Sequence record: DRR378314_1819
Reading direction: 5' to 3' (one strand)
Length of the DNA stretch: 39,932 nt
Position numbers and translations under genes: made by a program. The notes under the pieces were generated by a model. It searched no databases. It was not told the DNA's origin and was given only the letters and a program-made list of their open reading frames with translations. Shown one piece after another: positions 38,798 to 39,932 of the stretch. Each line of letters opens with the position of its first letter. Position 1 is the first letter of the stretch.

Positions 38798-39799
38798 TTA
38801 CGTTCGCTTATCGTAGACGACGCGATGCAGCGTACCGCTACCACTTTCAAAGGCATCAATATTCGCCAGCGTGGTTTCGGCAATATTGGTCAGCGCCTCG
38901 GTAGTGAAGAAAGCCTGATGACCGGTAATCAGCACATTGTGAAAGGTCGTCAGGCGCATGAACTGATCATCATCGATCACTTTGTGCGATAGATCCTCGA
39001 AAAATAGCTGCTCCTCCTCTTCGTAAACATCTAGCCCTAAGCGGCCAATTTTGCCGCTTTTCAGACCAGCGATCACCGCTTGGGTGTCAACCACTCGCCC
39101 ACGTCCGGTATTAATCAGCATCACACCCTGCTTCATTTGCGCGATGGCATCGACGTTAACCAGGTGATCAGTATCGGGTGTTAACGGGCAGTGCAGCGAA
39201 ATAATATCTGCCTGAGCATAGAGCGACGCCAGCGGCACGTACTCCACAAACGGCTCGGCATTCGGGTTTGGAAAAGGATCGCTGGCAACTACTCGGCAGC
39301 CAAAGCCATGCATGATGTTGGCAAAGATCAAGCCAATCTGCCCAGTGCCAATCACGCCCACGGTTTTGCCATGCAGATCGAACCCCAGCAGTCCGTCTAG
39401 GGCAAAGTTACCCTCGCGCACTCGGTTGTAAGCGCGATAGGTCATGCGGTTCAGGCTTAACACTAAGGCCACCGCGTGCTCTGCTACGGCATGAGGCGAA
39501 TAAGCGGGCACCCGCACCACGGTAATTCCCAACCGTTCGGCCGCCGCCAAGTCAACATGGTTAAACCCAGCCGAGCGCAGTGCTACCAATCGTATGCCGC
39601 TCGTGTGTAGCTGCTCTAAAACGTCCGCATACAGATGGTCATTTACAAAAGCGCATACAACTTCAAACCCTTTCGCGAGAGGCGCTGTATCGACGGTCAA
39701 GCGCGCATCAAAAAAGCTTAATTCGTGTCGATTCGAGGCATTAGCACGAGTAAGGAAGGTTTCGTCATAAGGCTTAGCGCTAAAAACGGCAACGCGCAT
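38798..39799 (-). CDS. ldhA: D-lactate dehydrogenase (D-2-hydroxyacid dehydrogenase)
   Basis: [57 protein letters not shown] before ATG 39799. Confidence 0.9.
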   Translation of the reverse strand: MRVAVFSAKPYDETFLTRANASNRHELSFFDARLTVDTAPLAKGFEVVCAFVNDHLYADVLEQLHTSGIRLVALRSAGFNHVDLAAAERLGITVVRVPAYSPHAVAEHAVALVLSLNRMTYRAYNRVREGNFALDGLLGFDLHGKTVGVIGTGQIGLIFANIMHGFGCRVVASDPFPNPNAEPFVEYVPLASLYAQADIISLHCPLTPDTDHLVNVDAIAQMKQGVMLINTGRGRVVDTQAVIAGLKSGKIGRLGLDVYEEEEQLFFEDLSHKVIDDDQFMRLTTFHNVLITGHQAFFTTEALTNIAETTLANIDAFESGSGTLHRVVYDKRT

Positions 39800-39905
39800 G
39801 GCATGTCTCCTGGCTCTGGATAGATGATCAGCATAGGCAATTCGCCTATTGTCTGCCCAAACGTCACAAGAGGTATTCACCGAGATCAAAGAAAGATGCC
39901 GCTAT

Positions 39906-39932
39906 AAAAAAAGAAAGCCGCTCCAGGGGAGC
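39906..39932 (-). terminator. Probable terminator truncated by the window edge
   Basis: A tract followed by GCCGCTCC-agg-GGAGC(...); the hairpin is incomplete. Confidence 0.45.

Noticed and set aside
38798..39799. Phosphite dehydrogenase PtxD partnering the Phn-like transporter
   Set aside because: Motifs (CAFVND, VPAYSP, TGHQAF) are those of LdhA, and the gene is 28 kb from the transporter.

Overview
A gene-dense, largely core chromosomal segment from a moderately GC-rich gammaproteobacterium. Gene content and protein sequences suggest Halomonadaceae (Halomonas/Vreelandella), which is an inference. In order: 3' end of speE; a general L-amino-acid ABC operon with two tandem aapJ genes (aapJ-aapJ-aapQMP; sigma54 promoter and NtrC-like sites before the second aapJ); a histidine phosphatase divergent from a PhnDCEE-like ABC transporter with no C-P lyase genes; a host-attachment/baeRF-family protein; three dCache chemoreceptors behind two sigma28 promoters; finR/fpr; glnK-amt-glnK; ubiK; a ~6.7 kb siderophore-uptake block (IutA-like receptor, AraC regulator, FoxA-like receptor, FhuD) sitting between ubiK and comM; comM; an FMN reductase; a phytase-like secreted protein with a Pho box; an alpha/beta hydrolase; glcB with an IclR-like operator; PaaI; DUF423; thiS-thiG-trmB; ldhA. 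I saw no rRNA, tRNA, CRISPR array, transposase or integrase. I cannot support a clearly novel system. The best candidates for a second look are the phosphatase plus PhnD-like transporter module that lacks a Pho box, the chimeric chemoreceptor cluster with its repeat-containing leader and structured intergenic region, the iron block between ubiK and comM, and the baeRF-like gene.
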